A stretch of DNA of 53,940 nucleotides from Deltaproteobacteria bacterium (GCA_046583355.1 JAYGCM010000091.1:1-53940); one strand, 5' to 3'; numbered from the stretch's first letter, positions 43,636-53,085 are shown. The notes: generated from the letters alone by a model not told the origin. A program made the numbers and translations.

Positions 43636-44748
43636 TCATAGGCGCATCGGCATAACGACGTAGCGGTAGGTAGCGTCGTCTTCTGACGAGATCACCCCGG
43701 CGCTGCTTTCGTCCGAGAGGCCGATCACTACCCGGCGATCTTCGGGCAGAACCCCGAGTACATCGGTGAGATAACGCGCGTTGAAGCCGACCTCGACTGG
43801 CTCACCGGCATATTCGACTTCGAGCTCTTCGCTTGCCTCACCGAAATCCGGACTGCTGGCAGAGACCTTGAGCTGGCCCTTGGTAAGCCCGAAACGAACG
43901 CCACGAGCGCGGTCGCTGGCAACCACCGAGACACGTCGCAGGGCTGCGAAAAGCTCGCCCTTGTCCACGCCGATGCTGATCTTGGTCGATTCCGGAACCA
44001 CCTGCTCGTAGTTGGGAAACTCGCCATCGATCAGCCGCATGACCAGGACGACATGGCCCTGTTCGACCCGGATCGCGTTGCCGAGCAGACGGATATTGGC
44101 CGTACCTTCGACCTCATCGAGCAGCTTACGCAGCTCTGCCAGGCCTTTGCGCGGCAAAATGATGCCCTTCTCGATGGATCCGCCGCCGCCGCCGATCTCC
44201 AGGTCGGCCAGCGCCAAACGATGCCCATCGGTGCCGACAAAACGAAAGCCGGTTTCGTGCGCGGTCAGCAGAACGCCGCCCAGATGGGGACGGGTATCGT
44301 CTGTGGAGACCGCAAAAAGCGTGCGATCGATGGCTCGCGAAAGACTATCGACGGCCATCTCGATGGTCGTGCCGTCTTTGTCCGACCCTTGCGGGAAGCT
44401 CGGAAAATCGGCTGGGGCCAAGCCTACAAGTTTGACCTTGGATCGGTTCGAGGTCACCTCAACGAAATCGTTCTCGAGCGAACGAATCGTGACCTTACCG
44501 GGACCTAGTTCGCGGACCAATTCGAAGAGTTTACGCGCACCGACAGTCGCGGAACCCGGTGTTTTCACCTTGGCCGGCGAACCGCGTTTCACATGTACTT
44601 CGAGATCGGTTGCGGAAATCGAGAGTTGCTCGCCATCGGCCTCGAGAAGAATATTGGCGAGAATGGGCATCGTATTGCGTCTCTCGACGACACCCTGAGC
44701 GAGTCCAAGACTTTGAATCAGGTCTGCTCTTTCGATTGTGAATTCCAT
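43636..44748 (-). CDS. dnaN: DNA polymerase III beta sliding clamp
   Basis: MPILANILL, SATDLE, GTDGHRL, LIDGEFPNY, GFNARYL, VVMPMRL. Confidence 0.97.
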   Translation of the reverse strand: MEFTIERADLIQSLGLAQGVVERRNTMPILANILLEADGEQLSISATDLEVHVKRGSPAKVKTPGSATVGARKLFELVRELGPGKVTIRSLENDFVEVTSNRSKVKLVGLAPADFPSFPQGSDKDGTTIEMAVDSLSRAIDRTLFAVSTDDTRPHLGGVLLTAHETGFRFVGTDGHRLALADLEIGGGGGSIEKGIILPRKGLAELRKLLDEVEGTANIRLLGNAIRVEQGHVVLVMRLIDGEFPNYEQVVPESTKISIGVDKGELFAALRRVSVVASDRARGVRFGLTKGQLKVSASSPDFGEASEELEVEYAGEPVEVGFNARYLTDVLGVLPEDRRVVIGLSDESSAGVISSEDDATYRYVVMPMRL

Positions 44749-44800
44749 GATGATTTAGCTGCCTTCCAGGAAGGAAATTTCTTGCGTCCTGCTCTCTTCT

Positions 44801-45000
44801 TATTGGTATACTTTAAACTACAAGTAGTAGTAGAAGCTGTGGATTCCGGGGAAAACTCAGTCTCTGTCAGGACTGGTACGGCGCAGAGGCTGTCGACAAA
44901 GAGTGGGTAAAGATCCCCGGCTTTTTGCCGATATCGGCCAAGCCTGATTCATCCCCGCTTCATCCCCATCTTTTCGACAGCTATTCCACATAAGTACTTT
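44801..45000 (-). other. oriC part 2 (dnaA-dnaN intergenic): DnaA boxes, DnaA-trios and AT-rich unwinding element
   Basis: Minus strand TTTTCCCCG-GAATCCACA-G-CTTCTACTACTACTTGTA-GTTTAAAGTATA (44855 to 44807); further box-like TTTTCGACA and TATTCCACA near 44972-44990. Confidence 0.8.
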
Positions 45001-45034
45001 CCCTGACAGAACTGAATCAAACACGGGTTTTTCC

Positions 45035-46381
45035 CTATGTCCGCTTCTGTCGGACCGCTTCTTCAAGCGAGCGCAAAGTAGTTGTAAAGCCAGGGTTCTC
45101 ATTACGTTGTTGGATGATCTTCTTGCAGGCATGAATGACTGTGGAATGATCGCGGCCACCGAATTCTGAACCGATGCTCGGATAGGAAGCGCCGATGACC
45201 TCGCGCGCCAGATGCATCGCTACTTGGCGTGCCTGCGCGATATGCTGCGTGCGGCGCTTCGAGCAGAGCTCTGTCACAGAGAGGCCGAAATGCTCCGCCA
45301 CGACCTTTTTGACGTGATCCATGGTGATGGGAGAGGCCGACACGCGTGCATGGGGAGTCAGGACCTCACGCGCAAACTCGACATCGATCTCGCGACCATT
45401 GAGCGAAGCCATCGCGCCCAGCCGTGTAAGGGCGCCTTCGATCTCACGGACATTCGCGCCCACTAATTGTGCGACGACGTCGCGGACTTCGTTGGGTAGC
45501 TTCAGACCGGCTTGCTCGGCTTTGGCCTGGATGATCGCGACCCGGGTTTCGATCTCGGGGGCCTGAATATCGGCCGTAAGACCCCATTCAAAGCGATTGC
45601 GCAGGCGCTCTTCGAGGTCCGGGATCTCCTTGGGATATTTATCTGAAGTCAGAACGATCTGTCGATGCGATTCGTGCAGCGTATTGAACGTATGGAAGAA
45701 CTCTTCCTGAGTGCGCTCGCGGCCGGCGAGAAATTGGGCATCGTCGAGAATCAGAAGATCGACCTTGCGGAAGCGGGTTTTGAACTCGGCCATCTTGTTC
45801 TGCCGCAGCGAGGTGATGAGGTCGTTGACGAAGGCCTCGCTCGAAATATAGACGATTTTTGCCTGGGGATTGCGCTCCAGGACACGATGGCCGATGGCGT
45901 TGACCAGATGGGTCTTGCCGATGCCGACCGGGCCGTAGATGAAGAGCGGGTTATAGAGCTCACCGGGCTGTGCAGCGACCGCTTGGGCGCCGGCGTGGGC
46001 AAATTGGTTGCTCGGTCCGACGACGAAAGAGTCGAAGGTATAGCGCTCTATCAGGCCGCCAGGACGCCCCCGGCGGCGGCGCGGTTTGGCCTTGGCTGCC
46101 GCCGTCGGCAGGCTCGGCGGCTCCGGGAAGAGCTCGTGCTGTTTGCCGCGATCGATCTCGAAGATGATTTCCGGCGCCGGGCCGTCGCCATCTTTGAGCG
46201 AAGTGCGGAGAAGACCGAGATAGTGTCGTCGGACCCAGTCACGATAAAATTTACTAGGTACGTGGATGACGGCCTGGCCGTCTTCCAACCGCGCCAGGCG
46301 CAGCGGTTTGATCCAAGCGTCGTAATGCTCTTCGCCGATTTCCTGGCGAAGTATTCGCTGAGCGCGTTGCCAGCTCTGCAT
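45035..46381 (-). CDS. dnaA: Chromosomal replication initiator DnaA
   Basis: YTFDSFVVGPSN, YNPLFIYGPVGIGKTHL, TQEEFFHTFN, RFEWGL, GGRDHSTVIHA. Start at ATG 46381 (MQSW). Confidence 0.98.
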   Translation of the reverse strand: MQSWQRAQRILRQEIGEEHYDAWIKPLRLARLEDGQAVIHVPSKFYRDWVRRHYLGLLRTSLKDGDGPAPEIIFEIDRGKQHELFPEPPSLPTAAAKAKPRRRRGRPGGLIERYTFDSFVVGPSNQFAHAGAQAVAAQPGELYNPLFIYGPVGIGKTHLVNAIGHRVLERNPQAKIVYISSEAFVNDLITSLRQNKMAEFKTRFRKVDLLILDDAQFLAGRERTQEEFFHTFNTLHESHRQIVLTSDKYPKEIPDLEERLRNRFEWGLTADIQAPEIETRVAIIQAKAEQAGLKLPNEVRDVVAQLVGANVREIEGALTRLGAMASLNGREIDVEFAREVLTPHARVSASPITMDHVKKVVAEHFGLSVTELCSKRRTQHIAQARQVAMHLAREVIGASYPSIGSEFGGRDHSTVIHACKKIIQQRNENPGFTTTLRSLEEAVRQKRT

Positions 46382-46399
46382 GCGGATTCCGATTCCCTT

Positions 46400-46790
46400 C
46401 GGGACTTTTTTCCACACCCGGATCAGCGGATGTGGACAACGATGATTAGCGTAGAAAAAACAAGGGCTTGCGCGAAGATCAGGACAGGGTTTTCCACAGA
46501 GGATGAACGTCGAAAGTGTAGGGTCGATCCACAAGACGGATAGACCAGTCGCAGGGGGAAGAACGTAAAAACAAAAAAATGTCGGAATGATTTGGCAACA
46601 CGTCGAAAGGACGCGGTGAGGCGTTCTAAGCCGATGCGAAAAAAGATTCAAGACGTCGTTCAAACGAAAATGCAAAGGCGTGGTTTTTCCACAGGAATTT
46701 TTTTCCGAATCGCGTACTTCTACGACTTTGCGCGACTCGCTTGCGCGAGTCTCTGTGGATTCTCTATCCTCAAATTGCTGTGCACAACAT
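46400..46790. promoter_or_regulatory. oriC part 1 / dnaA promoter region with DnaA boxes
   Basis: TTTTCCACA at 46408, 46490, 46685; TGTGGACAA at 46431; weaker CGATCCACA 46525 and TGTGGATTC 46754; locally AT-richer. Confidence 0.75.
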
Positions 46791-48060
46791 TTCGCGAAAG
46801 TTGATGACCCGCGCTCGCACCATCACGCCTGGAGGTGTGAACAGTCCGGTGCGTGCGTGGAATGCGGTTGGTGGCGACCCCATCGTTCTGATCCGCGGCC
46901 GCGGCGCCGAGGTCTTTGACGCCGATGGTAACTCCTATGTGGACCTGGTCTGTGCCTGGGGCCCCTTGATCGCCGGCCACGCGCACCCGGATGTGGTCAA
47001 CGCGGTCGCGAATGCCGTGCGACGCGGCACCGGGTTTGGCGCACCGACGCCGCCGGAACTTGAGCTGGGTGAAATGATCGTCGAGGCGTTTCCCGCCATC
47101 GAGAAGGTCCGACTCGTAACCTCCGGAACCGAGGCAACGATGACGGCCATCCGTCTGGCGCGCGGCGTGACCGGCCGCGACCGGATCGTGAAGATGGAGG
47201 GTTGCTACCACGGCCATAGCGACGGGCTTTTGGTCAAGGCCGGCTCGGGTGCGGCGACTCTGGGAGTGCCCGATAGCGCGGGTGTGCCCGCCCAGGTGGG
47301 TGCTCTTACCAGTGTGGTTCCCTACAACGATATAGAGGCGCTGCGCACGTCGCTGGCCGCCGAACCGCCGCCGGCGGCGGTGATTCTCGAGGCGGTTGCT
47401 GCCAATATGGGCGTCGTGCCGCCCGGCGAAGGCTACCTCGCGGCCGTAATCGAGGCGTCCCATGCCGTCGGTGCCCTGGTGATCTTCGATGAGGTAATCA
47501 CCGGCCTGCGTCTGGCCCGCGGCGGCGCCCAGGAACTCTACGGGCTTACGCCGGATCTCACGGCCTTGGGGAAAGTGGTTGGTGGCGGAATGCCGGTGGC
47601 CGCGCTCGGCGGGCGCGCCGAATTGCTCGACCATCTCGCACCGGATGGGCCCGTCTACCAGGCTGGAACCCTCTCCGGGAACCCGGTGGCCTGCACCGCC
47701 GGGCGCGAGACCATGAAGCTCCTCACGCCGGAAGCTTATGTAAAGCTGGAGGCGAGTGGGGCGGCGTTGCAGGCCGGCCTGGAGGAGCGCCTGCAGAAGC
47801 ACGGCATCCAAGGCTGCGTGCAGCGCGTCGGTTCTCTTCTCACGCTTTTCTTCGGTGTGGACCAGGTGCGCAACTTCACCGATGCGCAGAAGAACGACGC
47901 GGCCGCCTTCGGTCGCTTCTTCCAGGCCATGTTGCAAGCCGGGGTGAACCTGCCGCCGTCTTCCTACGAGTCCTGGTTCCTCTCGCTCAGCCACGGCGAG
48001 GCGGAGATCGCGCGGATTCTGGCCGCCGTCGACACTTCTTTTGGAGCCTGGAGCCGGTGA
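46780..48060 (+). CDS. hemL: Glutamate-1-semialdehyde 2,1-aminomutase
   Basis: PGGVNSPVRA, SGTEATM, GCYHGHSD, FDEVITG, GKVVGGGMP, YQAGTLSGNP. Start (GTG 46780) inferred. Confidence 0.96.
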   Translation: MHNISRKLMTRARTITPGGVNSPVRAWNAVGGDPIVLIRGRGAEVFDADGNSYVDLVCAWGPLIAGHAHPDVVNAVANAVRRGTGFGAPTPPELELGEMIVEAFPAIEKVRLVTSGTEATMTAIRLARGVTGRDRIVKMEGCYHGHSDGLLVKAGSGAATLGVPDSAGVPAQVGALTSVVPYNDIEALRTSLAAEPPPAAVILEAVAANMGVVPPGEGYLAAVIEASHAVGALVIFDEVITGLRLARGGAQELYGLTPDLTALGKVVGGGMPVAALGGRAELLDHLAPDGPVYQAGTLSGNPVACTAGRETMKLLTPEAYVKLEASGAALQAGLEERLQKHGIQGCVQRVGSLLTLFFGVDQVRNFTDAQKNDAAAFGRFFQAMLQAGVNLPPSSYESWFLSLSHGEAEIARILAAVDTSFGAWSR

Positions 48061-48308
48061 GCGAGACACCGCCAGCGGGCCGGGGCCCGACCAAGCGTCA
48101 TATCGGTATCCAGATGACCGCGCTCGGTCTCGAGTTCTCGGCCTCGGTGGTCGGCGGCATGATTGGGGGCTGGTGGCTCGACGACTACTTCGGCACCAAA
48201 CCGTGGCTCTTTCTCTTCGGCACCTTCGCCGGCCTCGGCACCTCGTTTCTGCGCATCATTCAGCTCTCGCGGCAATTCGACAGGGCGCGCGATGACGACG
48301 ACGAATGA
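48057..48308 (+). CDS. AtpZ/AtpI family small membrane protein
   Basis: G..IGGWWLDDYFGTKPW motif, two TM helices, upstream of atpB. Confidence 0.85.
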   Translation: MSETPPAGRGPTKRHIGIQMTALGLEFSASVVGGMIGGWWLDDYFGTKPWLFLFGTFAGLGTSFLRIIQLSRQFDRARDDDDE

Positions 48309-48678
48309 GGAGGCGACGCGCCCGCCGGCGCCTCTGCGGCTCGTCTCGATCTTCATCTGGCAGATGTTGGTCCTGCTGGCCGGTCTCGGCGTTCTCTACG
48401 CGATTCAACGTGGTTCAGCAGCGAGTCTCCTGGCCGGTGCTGCTCTGTTGAGCACCAGCCTCCTGCTTACGCGTCGCGCCTTGGCTTACGCGACCCGCCA
48501 GCACGAACAGCCGGCCCGCGGGCTGCTGATGGTGCTTCTGAAGACGGGGCTGATGCTGTTGGTGATGGTGGTCGGCTTCGCCACCGACACGCTGGGCCTG
48601 ATGTCGTTTGCGGCCGGTGCGACGACCCTTCCCGTGGCGATCACATTGGACGCATGTTACCCGATGAGTGCTCGGTAG
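48292..48678 (+). CDS. atpI: ATP synthase subunit I-like membrane protein
   Basis: Four hydrophobic segments, position between the atpZ-like gene and atpB; start at ATG 48292. Confidence 0.7.
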   Translation: MTTTNEEATRPPAPLRLVSIFIWQMLVLLAGLGVLYAIQRGSAASLLAGAALLSTSLLLTRRALAYATRQHEQPARGLLMVLLKTGLMLLVMVVGFATDTLGLMSFAAGATTLPVAITLDACYPMSAR

Positions 48679-48714
48679 GCCGTAGTTTCGCCCGCTGGAA
48701 GAGTAAGGAAGAAA

Positions 48715-49425
48715 ATGGAACATCCTGTTACCTGGCTCTGGTTGCTCGGTGTCCCCGACGCTTGGCAGTCCATCGTGACTGGCCTTTTCGTCATGACCGT
48801 TCTCGTCGCCATCGGTGCGCGAGCGCGCACGGCGATCACCACGACCGGCGAGCAGGTGATCATACCCGACGCCAAGCTCACCGCGCGCAATTTCTTCGAG
48901 CTCCTGGTCGAATTCGTCGGCAATATGGCCGAGTCGGTGATCGGCAAGGGTTCCGGGACCTATGTCCCCATCCTCGTGACCTTCTTCGTCTTCGTTCTGG
49001 TCTCGAATATGCTCGGCCTGGTGCCGGGTTTCGCGCCGCCGACCGCTGATTTCGACATCACCTTCGCGCTCGGCGTCTGCTCGTTTATCGTCTTCAACTA
49101 CTACGGCTTCAAGGTCGCCGGACTGGGCTACCTCAAGCATATGGCCGGCCCTTTCTGGTGGCTGGCCTGGCTGATCTTCCCTCTGGAATTGATCGGCGTG
49201 TTCGTGCGCCCGGCCTCGCTCGGGCTGCGCCTCTTCGGCAATATGTTCGGTGACCATCTGGTGCTTGAGATCTTCACGGATCTCACCAAGGTGGTCATTC
49301 CGGTGGTCTTCTATTTCCTGGGTACGCTGGTTTCGGCGATTCAGGCTTTTGTCTTCATGCTTCTCAGCATGATCTACATTGCTCTGAGCGTGCAAACCGC
49401 TCACGGGCACGGCGAAGGGCATTAG
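48715..49425 (+). CDS. atpB: ATP synthase F0 subunit a
   Basis: SNMLGLVPG, RPASLGLRLFGNMFGDH, IQAFVFMLLSMIYI. Confidence 0.97.
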   Translation: MEHPVTWLWLLGVPDAWQSIVTGLFVMTVLVAIGARARTAITTTGEQVIIPDAKLTARNFFELLVEFVGNMAESVIGKGSGTYVPILVTFFVFVLVSNMLGLVPGFAPPTADFDITFALGVCSFIVFNYYGFKVAGLGYLKHMAGPFWWLAWLIFPLELIGVFVRPASLGLRLFGNMFGDHLVLEIFTDLTKVVIPVVFYFLGTLVSAIQAFVFMLLSMIYIALSVQTAHGHGEGH

Positions 49426-49544
49426 CTGCCACTTCGACCTTACGCAGGCCTCAGGTCCGGACCCAGGGTGGTGTTGCGGATGAGGATAGATGTCGGGTCC
49501 GATCAGGACCAAACAGGCCGGGCGGGAAAGGGGGACTACAAATA

Positions 49545-49871
49545 ATGGGAATCCAAGTTGCTATCTTTACGGTGCTCGCCACCGCGATTGCTCTCGTTCT
49601 TCCGGAAGTGGCTTTGGCTGCGGAAGGCGGCATGTACGGCAGTCACGGCTCGATCGCTATCGCTTCGGGTATCGCCATCGCCGGTGCGGCGATCGGTGCT
49701 GCTCTGGGACAGGGCCGCGGCCTCGCGGCTGCGATGGAGTCGATCGGACGCAATCCGAACGCGGCCGATCGTATCCAGACGCCGATGATCCTGGGCCTTG
49801 CCTTCATTGAGGCTCTCGCGATCTACGCGCTGGTCATTGCTTTCTTGCTTCAGGGCAAGATTCCGGGCTGA
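49545..49871 (+). CDS. atpE: ATP synthase F0 subunit c
   Basis: GAAIGAALGQG, IGRNP, LAFIEALAIYALVIA; N-terminal signal-like extension. Confidence 0.96.
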   Translation: MGIQVAIFTVLATAIALVLPEVALAAEGGMYGSHGSIAIASGIAIAGAAIGAALGQGRGLAAAMESIGRNPNAADRIQTPMILGLAFIEALAIYALVIAFLLQGKIPG

Positions 49872-49893
49872 ACACCGCTCGGTTTTCTGACCG

Positions 49894-49935
49894 AAGAGCC
49901 CCATCCGCCTCGTGCGGGTGGGGCTCTTTGTTTTT
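49894..49935 (+). terminator. Intrinsic terminator after atpE
   Basis: AAGAGCCCCATCCGC-loop-GCGGGTGGGGCTCTT followed by TGTTTTT. Confidence 0.88.
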
Positions 49936-50084
49936 GTGCGGTAGCAGCCCTTCTGATGCACAGCATCAGCATTCCTTGACTTTGCCAGAAATTGAGGAAT
50001 AGTGGCCTTGCGGGTAGCCTGGATGTGCGGGGCCTGTTTGAGATCAGCCCGGCGCGGTCGCTTGCCGTCCGCCCGGAGGGGGGT

Positions 50085-51155
50085 GTGGTCGTGGGTGACG
50101 ATGCGGTGATCGAAGTAGCCGGCAAGCATGAGCCGGCTGAAACAGGACATTCGGTAGCGGCGGCTGCCGCAGCGGCCGAAGTGGGCCATTCAGTAGCTGC
50201 CGTTGCGGCAGCGGCGGCAGCGGCAGCGGGCGCAGGCGCAGGCGCGGGCAGCAACGAGGGGCTGCGTTTCGCCATGGGCGGGCGTCTTTTCGGCAAGCAA
50301 CGGACGGTTTTTGCGGCTGTGCCGATCAACCAGGTGCATCCCAATCCCAAGCAACCGCGCCAGTATTTCGACGAAAAGGCGCTCGACGACCTGGCTGACT
50401 CGATCCGTAAACGCGGCGTGTTGCAGCCGGTGATTGTCCGGCGTGATGAGGGCGGCAGCTATACACTGATCGCTGGCGAACGTCGTCTGCGCGCCTCGCA
50501 GCGCGCTGGTGTCGAGCATATTCCGGCGATCATGAGTGATGACGATCTGCTCGAGGTCGCGCTGGAAGAAAACGTGCAACGCGAAGACCTCTCGCCGCTC
50601 GAAGAGGCCGAGGCGCTCTCGGTTCTCGCCAGTGATCGCGGCCTCTCGCATGGCGATCTCGCCCAACTCATCCATAAAAGCCGGCCCTATGTCTCCAATA
50701 CTTTGGCGCTGACGCGGCTGCCGACCGATATCAAGAAGGAGTATTTCTCCCAGGGTGCGCCGATCTCGCGTGAGATCATGATCAGCATCGCGCGCCAGGG
50801 CGATGAAGAGGCGATGCGCAAGCTCTGGACGCGCGTGAAGCTCGACGCAATCTCGGTGCGCAGTTTCCGCAATGAGCAGCGGGCCGAGAAACCCGAGGCG
50901 CCGTCGCGCCCCGTCCTGCGCGCTGTGCGCCGTCTGGGTCGTGCGCTCAAGGGCCTGACCTCGCCGCAGGAGCTTGCGCCGGCAGAGGCCACGCAGGTGC
51001 GTCGCAGCCTGCTCCGCCTGCGCGGCCGGATCGATAAAATGTTGGCTGTCCTGCCAAGCGAAATGCCCGCGGACGCACCTCCGGAAGCTACCCGGGAGCC
51101 GCAGGCCCAGGTGGCCGCCGCGGCCGCCAGCGCGGGCGTGGTTCCGGCGGCTTGA
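50085..51155 (+). CDS. Orphan ParB/Spo0J-family protein (second ParB)
   Basis: PNPKQPR, GVLQPVIVR, IAGERRLRAS, ENVQREDLSPLEEA, HTH KSRPYVSNTL. Start uncertain (GTG 50085 or 50091 after GGAGG, or ATG 50274). Confidence 0.88.
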   Translation: MVVGDDAVIEVAGKHEPAETGHSVAAAAAAAEVGHSVAAVAAAAAAAAGAGAGAGSNEGLRFAMGGRLFGKQRTVFAAVPINQVHPNPKQPRQYFDEKALDDLADSIRKRGVLQPVIVRRDEGGSYTLIAGERRLRASQRAGVEHIPAIMSDDDLLEVALEENVQREDLSPLEEAEALSVLASDRGLSHGDLAQLIHKSRPYVSNTLALTRLPTDIKKEYFSQGAPISREIMISIARQGDEEAMRKLWTRVKLDAISVRSFRNEQRAEKPEAPSRPVLRAVRRLGRALKGLTSPQELAPAEATQVRRSLLRLRGRIDKMLAVLPSEMPADAPPEATREPQAQVAAAAASAGVVPAA

Positions 51156-51233
51156 GTCAGCCGGCCCGATAGCCGAAGAACCAGACGGGGGCTTGGCGCG
51201 CGCGACGTGTGCCGGCCAACGGGGGGTAGTGCC

Positions 51234-51776
51234 ATGTGGACCAGAATTCTGATCGTTTGTGCGATTGCGGCTATGCCGAGCGTCGCGGGTGCTGCGCCTG
51301 AAGGGTGTGGCGACAACCCAGACCGGCCCTACGTCTGCGATATTGGGGCTCCACGCACGCTCTCGATGCAGGGCTTCGATAATGTGATGGAGAAAAACGA
51401 CGCGCTGCGTGCCACCGTGGCCCGGATCGGCAAGCCGGATCGTGCCGAGATCCAGCGTATTCGTGTGGCGGCACCTTGGTCGCAATGGGAGTTGCGGACC
51501 TATTATCGCTCGCTCGACCGAATGTTCGTCTACGGCCGTGCCTTTGTTCTGGGCAGCCCCGAGATCACCCTGCTGCGCCATGAGTCGCGCATACCCGGCG
51601 CGATGTGGGAGCATTGGCGCGGGAATCCGGCTATCCGCAAGGCCAAAGCTGCGGCCGAACGTGCGGCCGTGGCGGCCGAGCGTTCGGCCAAAGCGGCCGA
51701 GCGTACCGCACGGCTGGCCGAAGCCATCGCCGATGATGCCGCCGCGGACTTCCCCAAGCGCCTGATGAAACAATAA
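51234..51776 (+). CDS. Exported hypothetical protein with C-terminal Ala-rich coiled coil
   Basis: Signal-peptide-like MWTRILIVCAIAAMPSVAGA; C-terminal AAAERAAVAAERSAKAAERTARLAE. Confidence 0.75.
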   Translation: MWTRILIVCAIAAMPSVAGAAPEGCGDNPDRPYVCDIGAPRTLSMQGFDNVMEKNDALRATVARIGKPDRAEIQRIRVAAPWSQWELRTYYRSLDRMFVYGRAFVLGSPEITLLRHESRIPGAMWEHWRGNPAIRKAKAAAERAAVAAERSAKAAERTARLAEAIADDAAADFPKRLMKQ

Positions 51777-51840
51777 GCTTTGCGGCAATTCCGGGCCGTG
51801 GCCGCGCCGCGTTGCAGTTCTCGGTAAGGCGGTTAGCCTT

Positions 51841-52800
51841 ATGCGGGTGCGAGCTTTTGTATGGGACGGCCAGCGCGCCAGCGTCGTAGAGGACCATCCG
51901 GAGCCGATTGTCGGTGCCGGGATGGCATTGGTCGAGGTGCGGCTGGCGGGGATCTGCTCGACTGACCTGCAGATTCTCGCGGGTTATATGGGATTTCGCG
52001 GCATCCTCGGCCACGAATTCGTTGGCGAGGTCACCGCGGGCCCCGCGGAGTGGGTCGGTGCGCGCGTGGCTGGTGAGATCAACTTCGCCTGCGGCCGTTG
52101 TACCGAGTGCGCCGCCGGCCACCCCCGGCATTGCCCGAACCGTAGTGTGCTGGGAATTCTCGGCGCCGACGGCGCCTTCGCCGAGCGCCTGGTGGTGCCG
52201 ACCGAGAATCTGCATCGGCTCCCCGACTCGATTGACAACGCCGCGGCGATCTTCATCGAGCCGCTGGCCGCCGCCTTCGAGGCCGAGTTGCAAAGCCGCG
52301 CCTTTGCCGGCGCGCGCACGGCCGTGCTCGGCGCCGGCAAGCTGGGCCTGCTTTGTGCCCAGGTACTCGCGCGTCGCGGCGACGATGTAGGCGTTGTCTG
52401 CCGGCATGAGGCGGCCGCCCGGATCGTGCGTCAGCTCGGTCTGGAACCCATCCTCGGCCATCCGCCCGAGGCCAGCTTCGAGTTGGTCGTCGAGGCAACC
52501 GGCCACCCCGAGGGGCTCGGCCTGGCCTTGGCGATGGTGCGCCCGCTGGGTGCGGTGGTGCAGAAATCCACTGTGGCCGCGCGCTACGAGATCGACCTGG
52601 CACCGCTGGTGATCCACGAAGTCACGCTGATCGGTTCGCGTTGCGGTCCCTTCGCCCCAGCCATCGAATCTCTCGCGCGCGGCGAGATCGCGGTGGCACC
52701 GCTGCTCACCGACACCCGCCCGCTCTCGGCTGCCACCGAAGCCATCGCGGCCGCCCGGCGCCCGGGCGCTCTAAAGATCGCGCTTGACCCCGCTTGCTAG
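51841..52800 (+). CDS. Zinc-dependent alcohol dehydrogenase (MDR superfamily)
   Basis: GICSTD, GHEFVG, CGRCTEC.......C structural Zn site, VLGAGKLG. Confidence 0.92.
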   Translation: MRVRAFVWDGQRASVVEDHPEPIVGAGMALVEVRLAGICSTDLQILAGYMGFRGILGHEFVGEVTAGPAEWVGARVAGEINFACGRCTECAAGHPRHCPNRSVLGILGADGAFAERLVVPTENLHRLPDSIDNAAAIFIEPLAAAFEAELQSRAFAGARTAVLGAGKLGLLCAQVLARRGDDVGVVCRHEAAARIVRQLGLEPILGHPPEASFELVVEATGHPEGLGLALAMVRPLGAVVQKSTVAARYEIDLAPLVIHEVTLIGSRCGPFAPAIESLARGEIAVAPLLTDTRPLSAATEAIAAARRPGALKIALDPAC

Positions 52801-53085
52801 CCCGTTTGGGACGACCGGCCTGACCACTCGATGGCGTGCAGGTCACGCGAGGGCAGGTCGGCTTTGTGTGCCGCTTTGAGCAGCCGCTTGTCGGCGCTGA
52901 CCAACGTCGCGCCTTGGGCCTCTGCCACGGCAAGGTAGAGACAATCGGCAATTGGCGGTCTCGGCCAACATCAGATCCGGTGCCAGGAGCTCCTCGTCTG
53001 TGGCGAATACGATTTCGGCCTCGGCGCTGCCGCTCTCCGGCACAACCCATTTGATGGCAACGCTCGCGTCGATGACGAGGCTCAT
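52797..53085 (-). pseudogene. PIN-domain (VapC) toxin pseudogene with internal deletion and frameshift
   Basis: MSLVIDASVAIKW...APDLMLAETAN, then in another frame from ~52949 ADCLYLAVAEAQGATLVSADKRL; the central part of the PIN domain is missing. Confidence 0.8.

Noticed and set aside
44585..44600. Extra parS site inside dnaN (CGTTTCACATGTACTT)
   Set aside because: Only a half-site matches; likely chance within coding sequence.
46382..46675. 98-aa N-terminal extension of DnaA shown in the ORF track
   Set aside because: The region is full of DnaA boxes and is not protein-like; DnaA homology begins at MQSW (46381).
49451..49470. SRP RNA (TCAGGTCCGGA)
   Set aside because: The following AGGAAGCAGC motif and the long enclosing helix are missing.
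49545..49871. Na+-translocating ATP synthase
   Set aside because: Subunit c has E followed by A (FIEAL), not the ES/ET needed for Na+ binding, although the upstream Q is present.
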